IMG/VR virus record: IMGVR_UViG_3300009183_004565
Source of the DNA: a virus
Taxonomy: Duplodnaviria > Caudoviricetes
Strand: one strand, 5' to 3'
Length of the DNA stretch: 64,000 nt
The notes under the pieces are model-generated. The model was given only the letters and a program-made list of their open reading frames with translations, did no database searches and was not told where the DNA came from. The number at the start of each line of letters is the position of its first letter. The first letter of the stretch is position 1. The translations under genes were made by a program, and so were the position numbers. Positions 9,352-18,848 of the stretch are shown one piece after another.

Positions 9352-10611
9352 TTAATCTAATAGAGTTTTTTTAATTTTTTCAAAATCTAGATTTTCAACT
9401 GGTAATCGATAACGCTCGGATTTATGTAAATTATAAATTTTAGTACAAGTTTCAAAATTTTCTACTAGTTCGTTAACAATTATAGTTTTAAAATCTCCAA
9501 AGAAGTGTTGATGATTATAATCCAACACTTCTTGCATGTCTTGATGCATGGTCATTAACTCGTTCCATGGTAAATGGCACAATTTAGCTATTTCGTCCGC
9601 AATCATTGACATGCGACGATCAGGATCGTGTTCTGAATCATAACTTTCATCAATCCAACGATCAAAAGTTTTAAATCCGTAACTTCTTAGATAAGCTAAA
9701 TTTTCTAGAGCTCCTACTAGTATGAAAGGTCTTTTAGTAACTATAGGTTTAAATATTTTCTCAGTGAGATGTAATTTTTCGTCGTAATAAATTGTTTCAG
9801 TTACTACGTTCCAAAGAGCAGTATACGAATAATACGGAATATCTGCACTGGCATCATTATAATTTGTGGCATCTATTATTAACGGATTGGCGTTTTTACT
9901 AAGATTTGTATAAACATGTTTTTTTGCCGCTGTACTTAATGGCGAAGTCTGTTGTAATAACTCTTTTTTTAGTAGATCAATTGAAAGATTTGGGCAGGAT
10001 ACTAATCCATATTGTACAAGGTCTTTTTCATACAAGTGGGCTAACAAATGTAATCTATAGTTTCGCTTATCTGATACTAGATGATTAAGACACATAAATA
10101 CCTTTGTAATTTCAAGATTCCCGGGATTGTATATCTTTTTAAAATCTCTATACCAATCAAGGCATACAAATCCATGAAAGAAAAAATACCAGTCGTAATA
10201 TGAGTGATAAAGAGTACCACCATTACCGTTTGCAAACGACTTTAACCAATCTTTTTTAAGTTTACTAATTTCTGAATTTGCAAACACATGAAAATTGACA
10301 TCATAAAAAACTTCACTGATAACACCAATATCTCGCCAGAGTCTGCAATCACTGCGTTGCTCAGGATACTTGGTTAGATTGTTTAGATTTTTTAAGTCTG
10401 CTAAATCGTGTGAATTTAATGGTTCTTCGTGACTCCAAATTACATGCCCGTTGAAATCTTCGTTATGCATAGATCGTCTAGCACTAGACAAATATTCATC
10501 AAAATGTTCAATTTTAGTAGAACATGATGGAGCGTATCCTTGGGAAGTTAAAAATAACGGATCAAGCAGCAATTTTTCGAGTAGTTCAATAAAACGTATA
10601 TAGGATATCAT
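9352..10611 (-). CDS. Hypothetical protein, putative glycosyltransferase-like (paralog of 18802-19941)
   Basis: ET..HLTEKIFKP...PFILVG...LRSYGFKTF..IDESYD motif shared with 18802-19941; loosely GT10-like. Confidence 0.45.
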   Translation of the reverse strand: MISYIRFIELLEKLLLDPLFLTSQGYAPSCSTKIEHFDEYLSSARRSMHNEDFNGHVIWSHEEPLNSHDLADLKNLNNLTKYPEQRSDCRLWRDIGVISEVFYDVNFHVFANSEISKLKKDWLKSFANGNGGTLYHSYYDWYFFFHGFVCLDWYRDFKKIYNPGNLEITKVFMCLNHLVSDKRNYRLHLLAHLYEKDLVQYGLVSCPNLSIDLLKKELLQQTSPLSTAAKKHVYTNLSKNANPLIIDATNYNDASADIPYYSYTALWNVVTETIYYDEKLHLTEKIFKPIVTKRPFILVGALENLAYLRSYGFKTFDRWIDESYDSEHDPDRRMSMIADEIAKLCHLPWNELMTMHQDMQEVLDYNHQHFFGDFKTIIVNELVENFETCTKIYNLHKSERYRLPVENLDFEKIKKTLLD

Positions 10612-10616
10612 TTAAA

Positions 10617-11843
10617 ATGAATGTAGGATTTATAGGATTAGGAAAATTAGGATTATCGTGTGCTGAAACAATGGCTACTCATTATTCAGTCACTGGATAT
10701 GATATTTACCCAAAACAAAGCGACTGTATTAAAATATCTGACAGCTTACGTGGAGCAGTTACTGGAAAAGATATTGTATTTGTTGCAGTACAAACACCGC
10801 ACGATCCTGCGTATGATGGCAGTCAACCAATTACTCATTTGCCCAACAAAGACTTTGATTATTCTATAGTCAAGGATGTACTAAAACAAATTGATGTATG
10901 GGCTGGTCCGGATCAGCTAATCGTTCTTATTAGCACTGTGTTACCAGGTACTGTACGTAGAGAGCTTAGAGACTGTATTACCGTTCCGCGTTTCATTTAC
11001 AATCCTTATCTTATTGCTATGGGAAGTGTAGAATGGGACATGGTTAATCCCGAAATGGTTATCATTGGTACAGAAGATGGCAGTGAAACAGGCGATGCAA
11101 AATTACTAGTAGATTTCTATCAACCGTTGATGCAAAACAATCCACGCTATGTCATAGGTACATGGGACGAAGCAGAAAGCATAAAAATATTTTATAACAC
11201 ATTTATCAGTACAAAGATTGCACTAGTGAATATGATACAAGACGTTGCTATGAAAAACGGCAACATCAATGTTGATGTGGTTACTGATGCACTGTCAGCA
11301 AGTACCACACGTATCATGAGCAGTAAGTACATGACTGCAGGCATGGGCGATGCAGGACCGTGTCATCCTAGAGATAACATTGCACTTCGTTGGCTAGCGG
11401 AAAACTTAAATCTAGGCTACGACATATTTGATACCATAATGAGTGCAAGGGAAGCACAAGCACTTAATCTAGCACGTTATTTAAAACGCATACAGCTAGA
11501 AAAAAACTTACCTATCTATGTATTAGGAAAAGCCTACAAACCTGATGTAGATATTCTTGATGGTAGTTATAGTTTATTACTAGGGCATTATTTAGAATCA
11601 ATTCAAGCAAAGTTTTATTATGTAGATCCGTTGACAGGAGATGCTCCACCGTTCGCCGGCATGCCTGTGATTGCCTTTATAGCACACAACAGAAAAATAA
11701 CTTATGGCTACACTGGAGAACAAACGGAACCGGAGTTATATGTAGACTTGGAGCCAGGCAGCGTGGTTGTTGATCCCTGGCGTCAGTATACAACAGAAAA
11801 AGATTACGAGGTTATACATTATGGCAACACACGACTCGTTTAA
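10617..11843 (+). CDS. UDP-glucose/GDP-mannose dehydrogenase family protein
   Basis: GFIGLGKLG Rossmann motif, ISTVLPGT, E.IK.FYN, GPCHPRD catalytic Cys. Confidence 0.9.
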   Translation: MNVGFIGLGKLGLSCAETMATHYSVTGYDIYPKQSDCIKISDSLRGAVTGKDIVFVAVQTPHDPAYDGSQPITHLPNKDFDYSIVKDVLKQIDVWAGPDQLIVLISTVLPGTVRRELRDCITVPRFIYNPYLIAMGSVEWDMVNPEMVIIGTEDGSETGDAKLLVDFYQPLMQNNPRYVIGTWDEAESIKIFYNTFISTKIALVNMIQDVAMKNGNINVDVVTDALSASTTRIMSSKYMTAGMGDAGPCHPRDNIALRWLAENLNLGYDIFDTIMSAREAQALNLARYLKRIQLEKNLPIYVLGKAYKPDVDILDGSYSLLLGHYLESIQAKFYYVDPLTGDAPPFAGMPVIAFIAHNRKITYGYTGEQTEPELYVDLEPGSVVVDPWRQYTTEKDYEVIHYGNTRLV

Positions 11844-12336
11844 CATTGCTCCATTCTGGGACGATGAATATAAACATTTAACATACAAAAAAGAACAGTT
11901 CAATGATCCTGAGACCATGATTGCTTGGGAGGATGCGGGATTTCGTGGACCGTTTGGTGGCTACATGTGCGACATGCGTAGTCCACAACCCACTTGGAAT
12001 CAAAAGTTTGTAGATTTTTTTGCAACTTATGAGAAATGGCAAGATATAGGTACAAGTTATTATCGCATGGATGCAGGAAGTATGTTACCCGAACATGTGG
12101 ATACATATCGTAGATATATTGAGTTGTTTGATCTTCGAGGCCGAGAAAGTACTATCAGACGTGCAGTGGTATTCTTGGATGAGTGGCATTCGGGTCACTA
12201 CGCAGAATGCAACGGGCAAGGATATACAAATTGGATTCGAGGATTTTGTTTGACATGGGATTGGGACAGTCCTCATATTGCTGCTAACCTAGGCACAGTT
12301 CCAAGATACACATTACAGATTACCGGACACATATGA
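11821..12336 (+). CDS. 2OG-Fe(II) oxygenase-like protein
   Basis: HxD (PEHVD) and distal His (HIAAN), R-x-T at C-terminus. Confidence 0.6.
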   Translation: MATHDSFNIAPFWDDEYKHLTYKKEQFNDPETMIAWEDAGFRGPFGGYMCDMRSPQPTWNQKFVDFFATYEKWQDIGTSYYRMDAGSMLPEHVDTYRRYIELFDLRGRESTIRRAVVFLDEWHSGHYAECNGQGYTNWIRGFCLTWDWDSPHIAANLGTVPRYTLQITGHI

Positions 12337-13250
12337 TTCACAGTTACAACGAGTGGGATCCAATTCGAGAGATCGTTGTAGGTCGTGCTGATTATGCCAA
12401 TTGGCCCTCAGACGATCCAGTATTTGCCAGAGAAAGCGAAAAGACTACATGGAAAGAAAGTCCCGTACCCACGGGTCCGGTTCCAGACTGGATCATTGAT
12501 GAAGCCAACGAAGATCTAGATATGTTATCTTTGGTATTGGAAAAATGCGGTGCTGTAGTACATAGACCTAAAGAACTAAATTACCAAGAGCGTGGTGGTA
12601 TGTATGGATATTGCCCACGTGACAGACTGATAGTATATGGTAATACTGTGGTTGATCCAGCCATGATGTATCCCTGCAGAGATATGGAAAGCGAAGCATT
12701 AGAACAGGTTATCTATCGTGCCGATACAGTATTAAGAATGCCTAGGGATGAAGGCATGATATTAGATGCTGCCAATGTGTTACGCCTAAATGACACTATG
12801 TTGTATTTAGAAAGTGCTAGCGGTAATTTGCGAGCATATTCCTGGTTGCGTAAACAGTTTCCCGATGTTACAATAGAAATATGTAATTTTTACAGTGGTG
12901 TGCATATTGACAGTACTATAGTTCCTATACGCGAAGGACTAGTTGTAGTTAATGCCAGCAGAGTTAACGAAAATAATTTGCCTAAGGTGTTTAATGGGTG
13001 GCAAGTTATATGGGTAGATGAAGTGGTAGAACAAGGGTTTTATCAATATCCTTATGCTAGCAAATGGATAGCATTGAATATGTTGGTAGTTGATCCCACA
13101 ACAGTTGTAGTAGATAAACATCAAACTCGATTAATAAAAATGCTAGAAGATTATAATGTGCTAGTTCTCCCGCTTGAATTACGTCATAGTCGCACCTTGG
13201 GCGGCGGGTTTCATTGTGTTACACTAGACTTAGTACGCCAAACTCAATAA
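12333..13250 (+). CDS. Amidinotransferase (glycine/inosamine-phosphate amidinotransferase family)
   Basis: SYNEWDP, CPRD, DAA, HIDST and C-terminal GGGFHCVTLD catalytic Cys. Confidence 0.9.
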   Translation: MIHSYNEWDPIREIVVGRADYANWPSDDPVFARESEKTTWKESPVPTGPVPDWIIDEANEDLDMLSLVLEKCGAVVHRPKELNYQERGGMYGYCPRDRLIVYGNTVVDPAMMYPCRDMESEALEQVIYRADTVLRMPRDEGMILDAANVLRLNDTMLYLESASGNLRAYSWLRKQFPDVTIEICNFYSGVHIDSTIVPIREGLVVVNASRVNENNLPKVFNGWQVIWVDEVVEQGFYQYPYASKWIALNMLVVDPTTVVVDKHQTRLIKMLEDYNVLVLPLELRHSRTLGGGFHCVTLDLVRQTQ

Positions 13251-13279
13251 ATAACTTACTAATAATAAAAAAGGTTATC

Positions 13280-14020
13280 ATGAGTTTTGAAAGTTATACT
13301 GATTGTGTTCTGCAAGCTTTTTGTTCTCATCCAAAACCAGCTGAAATAGTTAAACGTAAACACGGAATTATTTTAGGAGTTTCGGAGTATCATAATTATA
13401 CACCAGAATCAATATTGTACATAGGATTTAATCCTGCAATTATGATTGATCAAACTCCGGAAATTTCAGTTACCTATATAAGCAAAGCTGCACAGGATCA
13501 TCTTAATAGTAATGGTATTAAATTTAACGTAATAGATCCCAATAAGTTATCTTTGTACAATAAACAGTTTGATGTAGTGGTTGCCATGGATGAGTATTTC
13601 ACTTTTTCAAGTTCTGATCAGGAACAAAAAGATCAAGTTACGAAAATATGTAACCTGGCAAAGGAATTCATCATAACTACTTGTAAGGACTATAAGAATC
13701 AAGACTTTAAAGATAGAGAATTTTCAATTCCTGCACTGATTCGAAATCAGACACAGAACAAGATATATCTTGAATTTCATGATCATGACCTCACTGACAG
13801 AAACAGTTGGAAAACTACTGTACATGAGATCGCTGATAATAAATTAAATACCAATGGTCCATACGCACGTAGGGCTATGTTTTTTAAGCAACTGGCAAAG
13901 TTTAGCGCAGATGCAGACGCAGTAGATTTTAGTGTACATAAAAATTTAATGTACAAGAGTTTAATCAAGAAAAATTACGAACATGTAATTAGTATTCGAT
14001 TTGATAATAATGGATCTTAA
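13280..14020 (+). CDS. Hypothetical protein
   Basis: ATG 13280 downstream of TAAATA at 13248. Confidence 0.6.
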   Translation: MSFESYTDCVLQAFCSHPKPAEIVKRKHGIILGVSEYHNYTPESILYIGFNPAIMIDQTPEISVTYISKAAQDHLNSNGIKFNVIDPNKLSLYNKQFDVVVAMDEYFTFSSSDQEQKDQVTKICNLAKEFIITTCKDYKNQDFKDREFSIPALIRNQTQNKIYLEFHDHDLTDRNSWKTTVHEIADNKLNTNGPYARRAMFFKQLAKFSADADAVDFSVHKNLMYKSLIKKNYEHVISIRFDNNGS

Positions 14021-15269
14021 TCAACACTTAGGCGCTATAGTTGAAAATTTAATCGGAGACATAACTGCAAACGTTTTATCACAAGTAGAAACTGTGATAA
14101 CAAACGCAGTTAATGCCCGCTTATCTACCTATAACTTTGAGCCGCATATCAAAGAAGCAGCATCAGAGGCTTTTGAAAAGAAAGTCAATTTATATCAAAT
14201 TGACAATCGTAAACTTGAAGGTCGCATCGCTGAAAGAATTACGCAGACGATTGATAGTATACAAGCCAATACCACTGAAAAAATAAATCAAGCAGTCAGC
14301 AACAGTATCAAAAATACCAACTTTGATCTTGCAATGCAAGGAGCAGTTGGTCATATTATCGCAGATAGAATGCGTGATCATGTATTCCCCAATAACAGTA
14401 TACACGCCAGTGCAATTAATTTTGAAAATTACACAATCAGTGGTGATTTAATACAAGGCGGGATAGTTACACAATTTAGTAGCAGCGGAATTGACGATAG
14501 AGCAAGTCAAGTTGCATTAACTATCTTAGATGAAGCCACTGTAGTTGAAAACAATCTATTAACACGAGATCTTACTGTTGAAGGAACTGTTACAGTCAAC
14601 GGCAATTTAATCATAAATGGTTCTGTTCCAGAAGATTCAAAATTCTACACAGACCTAGTAAACAATTCTACAACTACAACTTTATCAAGACTTGACAATA
14701 CACTATTTAATAATTACAGTACCACAATATTCAACAAGATTCGTGAAGACGGTCTTGATTTAAGTAAAATTACAATCAATGGTCAAGAAGTTATAAATGA
14801 TAATTCGTTATCAAATTCGATAACTGAAAGCAACTTACAAAAGCTCGGACAGTTAAGAGAATTACAAGTTAGTGGCGAAAGTTTATTAGCCCAAACTCTT
14901 TATGTATCCGGAAAACGTGTGGGTGTTAATACCATTGAGCCAAGTGGAGCTTTGTCTGTTTGGGATGATGAAGTCGAAATAGTGCTAGTTAAACGAAAAA
15001 AAGACACAGGCAGTTTTGGAACTCCAAGAAATCAATCTCTTATATTAACTAGTAATAACAAAGACAACATTGTATTAGATCCAGATGGATCCGCACGTAT
15101 TGATGATTTGCGTATGGGAGACATGCGTTTTTCTACTTCTAACGAACCACCAAGGCATGTCAGTGAGCGTGGTCATGTTGTGTTCAATAACAACCCAAAT
15201 CCTGGAGGTCCTATGGGATGGATCTGCTTGGGATCTGCAAATTGGGCAAACTTTGGCATAATTGATTAA
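14010..15269 (+). CDS. Hypothetical protein, possibly virion structural
   Basis: N/T/S-rich, beta-repeat-like LTVEGTVTVNG segments, C-terminal GWICLG..NW..FG. Confidence 0.4.
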   Translation: MDLNQHLGAIVENLIGDITANVLSQVETVITNAVNARLSTYNFEPHIKEAASEAFEKKVNLYQIDNRKLEGRIAERITQTIDSIQANTTEKINQAVSNSIKNTNFDLAMQGAVGHIIADRMRDHVFPNNSIHASAINFENYTISGDLIQGGIVTQFSSSGIDDRASQVALTILDEATVVENNLLTRDLTVEGTVTVNGNLIINGSVPEDSKFYTDLVNNSTTTTLSRLDNTLFNNYSTTIFNKIREDGLDLSKITINGQEVINDNSLSNSITESNLQKLGQLRELQVSGESLLAQTLYVSGKRVGVNTIEPSGALSVWDDEVEIVLVKRKKDTGSFGTPRNQSLILTSNNKDNIVLDPDGSARIDDLRMGDMRFSTSNEPPRHVSERGHVVFNNNPNPGGPMGWICLGSANWANFGIID

Positions 15270-15316
15270 CAATTTTGCAACGTTGACATAAATCAAATAT
15301 ACTGCTATAATGCAGT

Positions 15317-15544
15317 ATGACTCTTACTTTAACTGAAAAAAAATGGAACGAACTCTATAACCAGATCCGCGAGGAACACGGTGATAGTACCGTTCTACTC
15401 TCTTGGAAATTAAAGGAAACATTAGGATTTACTGTTCGTAGACATCGTGACTATAATCCCGTCAATGGACACATGGTCAATGATATACGTTTGGATTTTT
15501 ACGACGAAGCAGCATTAACCTTTTTTCAGTTAAAGTATCTATGA
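15317..15544 (+). CDS. Short ORF, FxL(K/R)W C-terminal family
   Basis: Ends FYDEAALTFFQLKYL. Confidence 0.6.
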   Translation: MTLTLTEKKWNELYNQIREEHGDSTVLLSWKLKETLGFTVRRHRDYNPVNGHMVNDIRLDFYDEAALTFFQLKYL

Positions 15545-15891
15545 CCACTAATGCTTATCTCGTGTATTGGTGTAATGAAGGACTAGAAGGTGTAGTACCT
15601 ATTACTGAATACGAACAAATAGATGCGGAAAATACATTTAGGATTCTCAAAGACCAAGGTACTATACGTAATCCCGTGTATGATATCATTCAAAAAATGA
15701 TATTACGCGGCCGGGCAAATTCGCAACGGCATTATGAACTATATGCTATTGACTGTGACGAGAACATTAGTGAAGAAGATTTCAAACAATGGTTTGAAAC
15801 CACACCACAGGCAGCAGCAGATTTAATTAGAAGTCGAGGCTTGAAAATCTACAGCGATCGTGCTGGAGAAAACAGAGTCAAAATAGTGTGA
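15541..15891 (+). CDS. Hypothetical protein
   Basis: ATGA overlaps at both ends. Confidence 0.6.
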   Translation: MTTNAYLVYWCNEGLEGVVPITEYEQIDAENTFRILKDQGTIRNPVYDIIQKMILRGRANSQRHYELYAIDCDENISEEDFKQWFETTPQAAADLIRSRGLKIYSDRAGENRVKIV

Positions 15892-16133
15892 GCAGACGAT
15901 ATAAAGTACTAGTGTTGGATCGTAAGATAGGACGTTGGGTACAAATAGACAACAATCCATATGACCCTACAGAACTGGCTCATCATTATCACATGAATAT
16001 GACTGAAGATGCAATGGTTGAAATAGATCGTTGGGTATTACAACACGACCTAGGACGTAGGCAATCGTTTGATATGTGGCAGTTACATGATGATCGTGCA
16101 TTAACAATGTTTTTATTAAAATGGGGAGAGTAA
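15888..16133 (+). CDS. Short ORF, FxL(K/R)W family
   Basis: Ends DDRALTMFLLKWGE. Confidence 0.6.
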   Translation: MSRRYKVLVLDRKIGRWVQIDNNPYDPTELAHHYHMNMTEDAMVEIDRWVLQHDLGRRQSFDMWQLHDDRALTMFLLKWGE

Positions 16134-16134
16134 C

Positions 16135-16314
16135 ATGAATTTTGCTTTGGTAATTTATACAGTAGTAGCAATGTCAGGTAAAAACGCAGACTTGGTACAG
16201 GCACGTGATTGGCGTCCTGTTGCTAGTTTTAGTACGGTAGAACTTTGCAATGATGCTGCACACTTGATGGGTATATCATCGGAACGGTATCGTTGTGTAC
16301 GATTAACAAAGTAA
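16135..16314 (+). CDS. Small hypothetical protein (59 aa)
   Basis: Fills gap between neighbours; hydrophobic N-terminus, F.TVELC..AA...RC pattern; not in track. Confidence 0.5.
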   Translation: MNFALVIYTVVAMSGKNADLVQARDWRPVASFSTVELCNDAAHLMGISSERYRCVRLTK

Positions 16315-16317
16315 GCA

Positions 16318-16551
16318 ATGAGTCTTGTATTTCCTGAAGATGGACGTTTTATTGCCACCGGTCCTTTTGACCAGGAAATGCCACATCACTATATAATCAT
16401 ACGTGACTATCGTTGGTTCAATCTGCACGAAGCAGAAATATATGAGTGGATGGATCAATGCTTGCCACAGGGCAGGAAACATCAACGAGGCATGGTTATT
16501 GTGATCGAAGATGAAAGTGATGTTAGTAATTTCCTATTGAGGTGGCAATGA
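16318..16551 (+). CDS. Short ORF, FxL(K/R)W family
   Basis: Ends EDESDVSNFLLRWQ. Confidence 0.6.
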   Translation: MSLVFPEDGRFIATGPFDQEMPHHYIIIRDYRWFNLHEAEIYEWMDQCLPQGRKHQRGMVIVIEDESDVSNFLLRWQ

Positions 16552-16709
16552 CCCGGTATCGTAGTCCCAAAATGTCCGAAGCATGGGCTCGTATGCAATG
16601 GTGTGAGCAAATGTTTGGTGATCACGACATTCGTTGGTGGCGCGATCGAGGACATCTATTCTTTCGTTATGAGTCGGACTATATGCTATATTTGTTGAGG
16701 TGGGCTTAA
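16548..16709 (+). CDS. Short ORF, FxL(K/R)W family (53 aa)
   Basis: MTRYRSP...FFRYESDYMLYLLRWA; ATGA overlap upstream, TAATG overlap downstream; not in track. Confidence 0.6.
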   Translation: MTRYRSPKMSEAWARMQWCEQMFGDHDIRWWRDRGHLFFRYESDYMLYLLRWA

Positions 16710-16969
16710 TGAGTTCTAGAATACACATTCCATTTGCAACAATGCAATCTAAAAAAGCCAAAATTGATTCTTGGCTTGAAGCCAATGCTGGCACCGGAAG
16801 TGCTAGATATGGTGGTAAAGAAGGCATAATTAATCATTGGCTCAACGGAGAAGATTACTGTTACTTTGACCAATTCACCACCAAAGACGGTTTATTCGAA
16901 ACCTTTGATACTGTATTTGTATTCCGCGACGAACGTGTAGCAACAGAGTTTGCCTTGAGGTTCGCATGA
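16709..16969 (+). CDS. Short ORF, FxL(K/R)W family
   Basis: Ends FRDERVATEFALRFA. Confidence 0.6.
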   Translation: MSSRIHIPFATMQSKKAKIDSWLEANAGTGSARYGGKEGIINHWLNGEDYCYFDQFTTKDGLFETFDTVFVFRDERVATEFALRFA

Positions 16970-17172
16970 TAGTAGAATTATATGACGTTGATGATGACAT
17001 CGAAACAGGTCTATGGGCACACAAAAACTGCCCAAGTTTTACTGGTTGGGTCATCATTGACGGTCATCCACATGATGACTATAGATCAATGTGTAAATTC
17101 TATTTCGCCGAAGAAAAAGATACTATGTTATTCCTGATGCGTTGGCAAGGTCAGTCTGATGTACACCTATAA
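16966..17172 (+). CDS. Short ORF, FxL(K/R)W family
   Basis: FAEEKDTMLFLMRWQ. Confidence 0.6.
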   Translation: MIVELYDVDDDIETGLWAHKNCPSFTGWVIIDGHPHDDYRSMCKFYFAEEKDTMLFLMRWQGQSDVHL

Positions 17173-17365
17173 CAAAAAGCATTGGCCATATCAATTTCGT
17201 ATGCTGCCCAAATTGGATGCTTGGGAACAGATGTGTCAACTTGAGGCATATTGTTATGAACATTTCAAAAGTGGTAATTGGCGCAACAACGGACTTTACT
17301 TTGCATTTAAACGAGAATCAGATGCTGCACTATTTGTGTTGAGGTGGAACTGTGAAGGATCATAG
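17159..17365 (+). CDS. Short ORF, FxL(K/R)W family
   Basis: FKRESDAALFVLRWN. Confidence 0.6.
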   Translation: MYTYNKKHWPYQFRMLPKLDAWEQMCQLEAYCYEHFKSGNWRNNGLYFAFKRESDAALFVLRWNCEGS

Positions 17366-17591
17366 CAACCCATTAAGCCGTCCTTATGAGGTTCGATTGG
17401 CCGAACAAGGATTTGTGTATAGAGTCAATTTACGGAACAGTATAGAACCGGATACCTTGGATGATTTAAACGATTGGCTAAAGGAACGTGGATTACGCCC
17501 AAAACAGGATTACATAATGAGTAATTGGGGATATTATTTTAAAGAAGACCAAAAAGAAACTGCCACATTGTTTGCTCTAAAATGGGCATAA
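17352..17591 (+). CDS. Short ORF, FxL(K/R)W family
   Basis: Ends KETATLFALKWA. Confidence 0.6.
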   Translation: MKDHSNPLSRPYEVRLAEQGFVYRVNLRNSIEPDTLDDLNDWLKERGLRPKQDYIMSNWGYYFKEDQKETATLFALKWA

Positions 17592-17595
17592 ACTC

Positions 17596-17826
17596 ATGAC
17601 TAGTCCATATCACTTTCCTATTACTACAGTTCAAGATTCCTGGTCAACTACAAGTTATCCGGCCACAGCAGGAACAGGATTAAAACATACAACTATTACC
17701 GAAACCCACTATCCTGAGGGAAGTAGCACTAGACACGTAGAGACATATAGTGTTATAGTGTATGATGCTGCAGGAAGATTAAATGCTTACAACAATAGAT
17801 CCAACTATATTGACATATACGTATGA
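17596..17826 (+). CDS. Hypothetical protein
   Basis: 76-aa ORF coupled to uvsE by ATGA overlap. Confidence 0.5.
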   Translation: MTSPYHFPITTVQDSWSTTSYPATAGTGLKHTTITETHYPEGSSTRHVETYSVIVYDAAGRLNAYNNRSNYIDIYV

Positions 17827-18848
17827 TTAAACGAATTGGTTTTGCTTGCAAATGGTTAAATGATCCCTCCGAATGTGGGGGCATGAAAGTAAATGCTGTA
17901 GATCGTGACCTCAATGGCCGTAGCACTACTATGCGCTGGCTACGCGAACATCCTGCCGAAGCCGAACAGCGTCAGTGGGACATAATGAATCACAATGCCT
18001 CGGCTGCTGTAAAAATGATCGAGCGTGTGGCCACATTACCAGCTGAACGCAGAATGGTGCGGCTAGGCTCGGAAATGCTGCAAGGCTACACTGAAAAAGA
18101 CTGGCAGACATGGTGGCAGCAAGCAGATGTGCAACGCCATCTAGAACGGATATTTGCACCCATTGGTGAAACTGCACGACGTCTAGATGTACGCCTCAGC
18201 TTCCATCCCGGACAGTTTTGTGTGTTGGCCAGTGAAAATGACAACATAGTAAATAGATCTATAGAGGAGTTTGAATATCATGCAGATATGGCAAGATGGA
18301 TGGGCTACGGCACTTCGTTCCAGGACTTTAAAATCAATGTCCACATCTCGGGTAAACGCGGTCCGGCCGGTATCCGCAGTGCGCTCAGCCGACTCAGCCC
18401 TGAAGCAAGAAATTGCATCACAATCGAAAACGACGAAATGTCCTGGGGCATTGACGCCAGCCTTGAATTGGTCACGGACGTTGCTCTGGTGCTAGACCTA
18501 CACCACCACTGGATCAGAACCGGAGAATATATTGACCATAGAGATGATCGTATCAAGAGGATCCAGGATAGTTGGCGCGGTGTTCGTCCTGTTGTTCATT
18601 ACAGTACTAGTCGTGAGGATGTTGTGGTGGATCATGCATGCGATATCAAACCTGATCTAGATCGATTGTTAGCTGAAGGATACAAGAAACAAAAGCTCAG
18701 AGCACACAGTGACTTTGCATGGAATCGCGAAACAAATGCATGGGCACTAACACATTGGACATGGGCTGACATCATGGTTGAGGCCAAAGGCAAAAATCTT
18801 GCTAGTCAGCAATTGTACGAGCAACAACTGAATTTAACTGCTGACTAA
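17823..18848 (+). CDS. uvsE: UV DNA damage endonuclease UvsE/UvdE
   Basis: RIGFACK, RLSFHPGQF, IENDE, LDLHHHW, HSD and MVEAKGK motifs. Confidence 0.9.
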   Translation: MIKRIGFACKWLNDPSECGGMKVNAVDRDLNGRSTTMRWLREHPAEAEQRQWDIMNHNASAAVKMIERVATLPAERRMVRLGSEMLQGYTEKDWQTWWQQADVQRHLERIFAPIGETARRLDVRLSFHPGQFCVLASENDNIVNRSIEEFEYHADMARWMGYGTSFQDFKINVHISGKRGPAGIRSALSRLSPEARNCITIENDEMSWGIDASLELVTDVALVLDLHHHWIRTGEYIDHRDDRIKRIQDSWRGVRPVVHYSTSREDVVVDHACDIKPDLDRLLAEGYKKQKLRAHSDFAWNRETNAWALTHWTWADIMVEAKGKNLASQQLYEQQLNLTAD

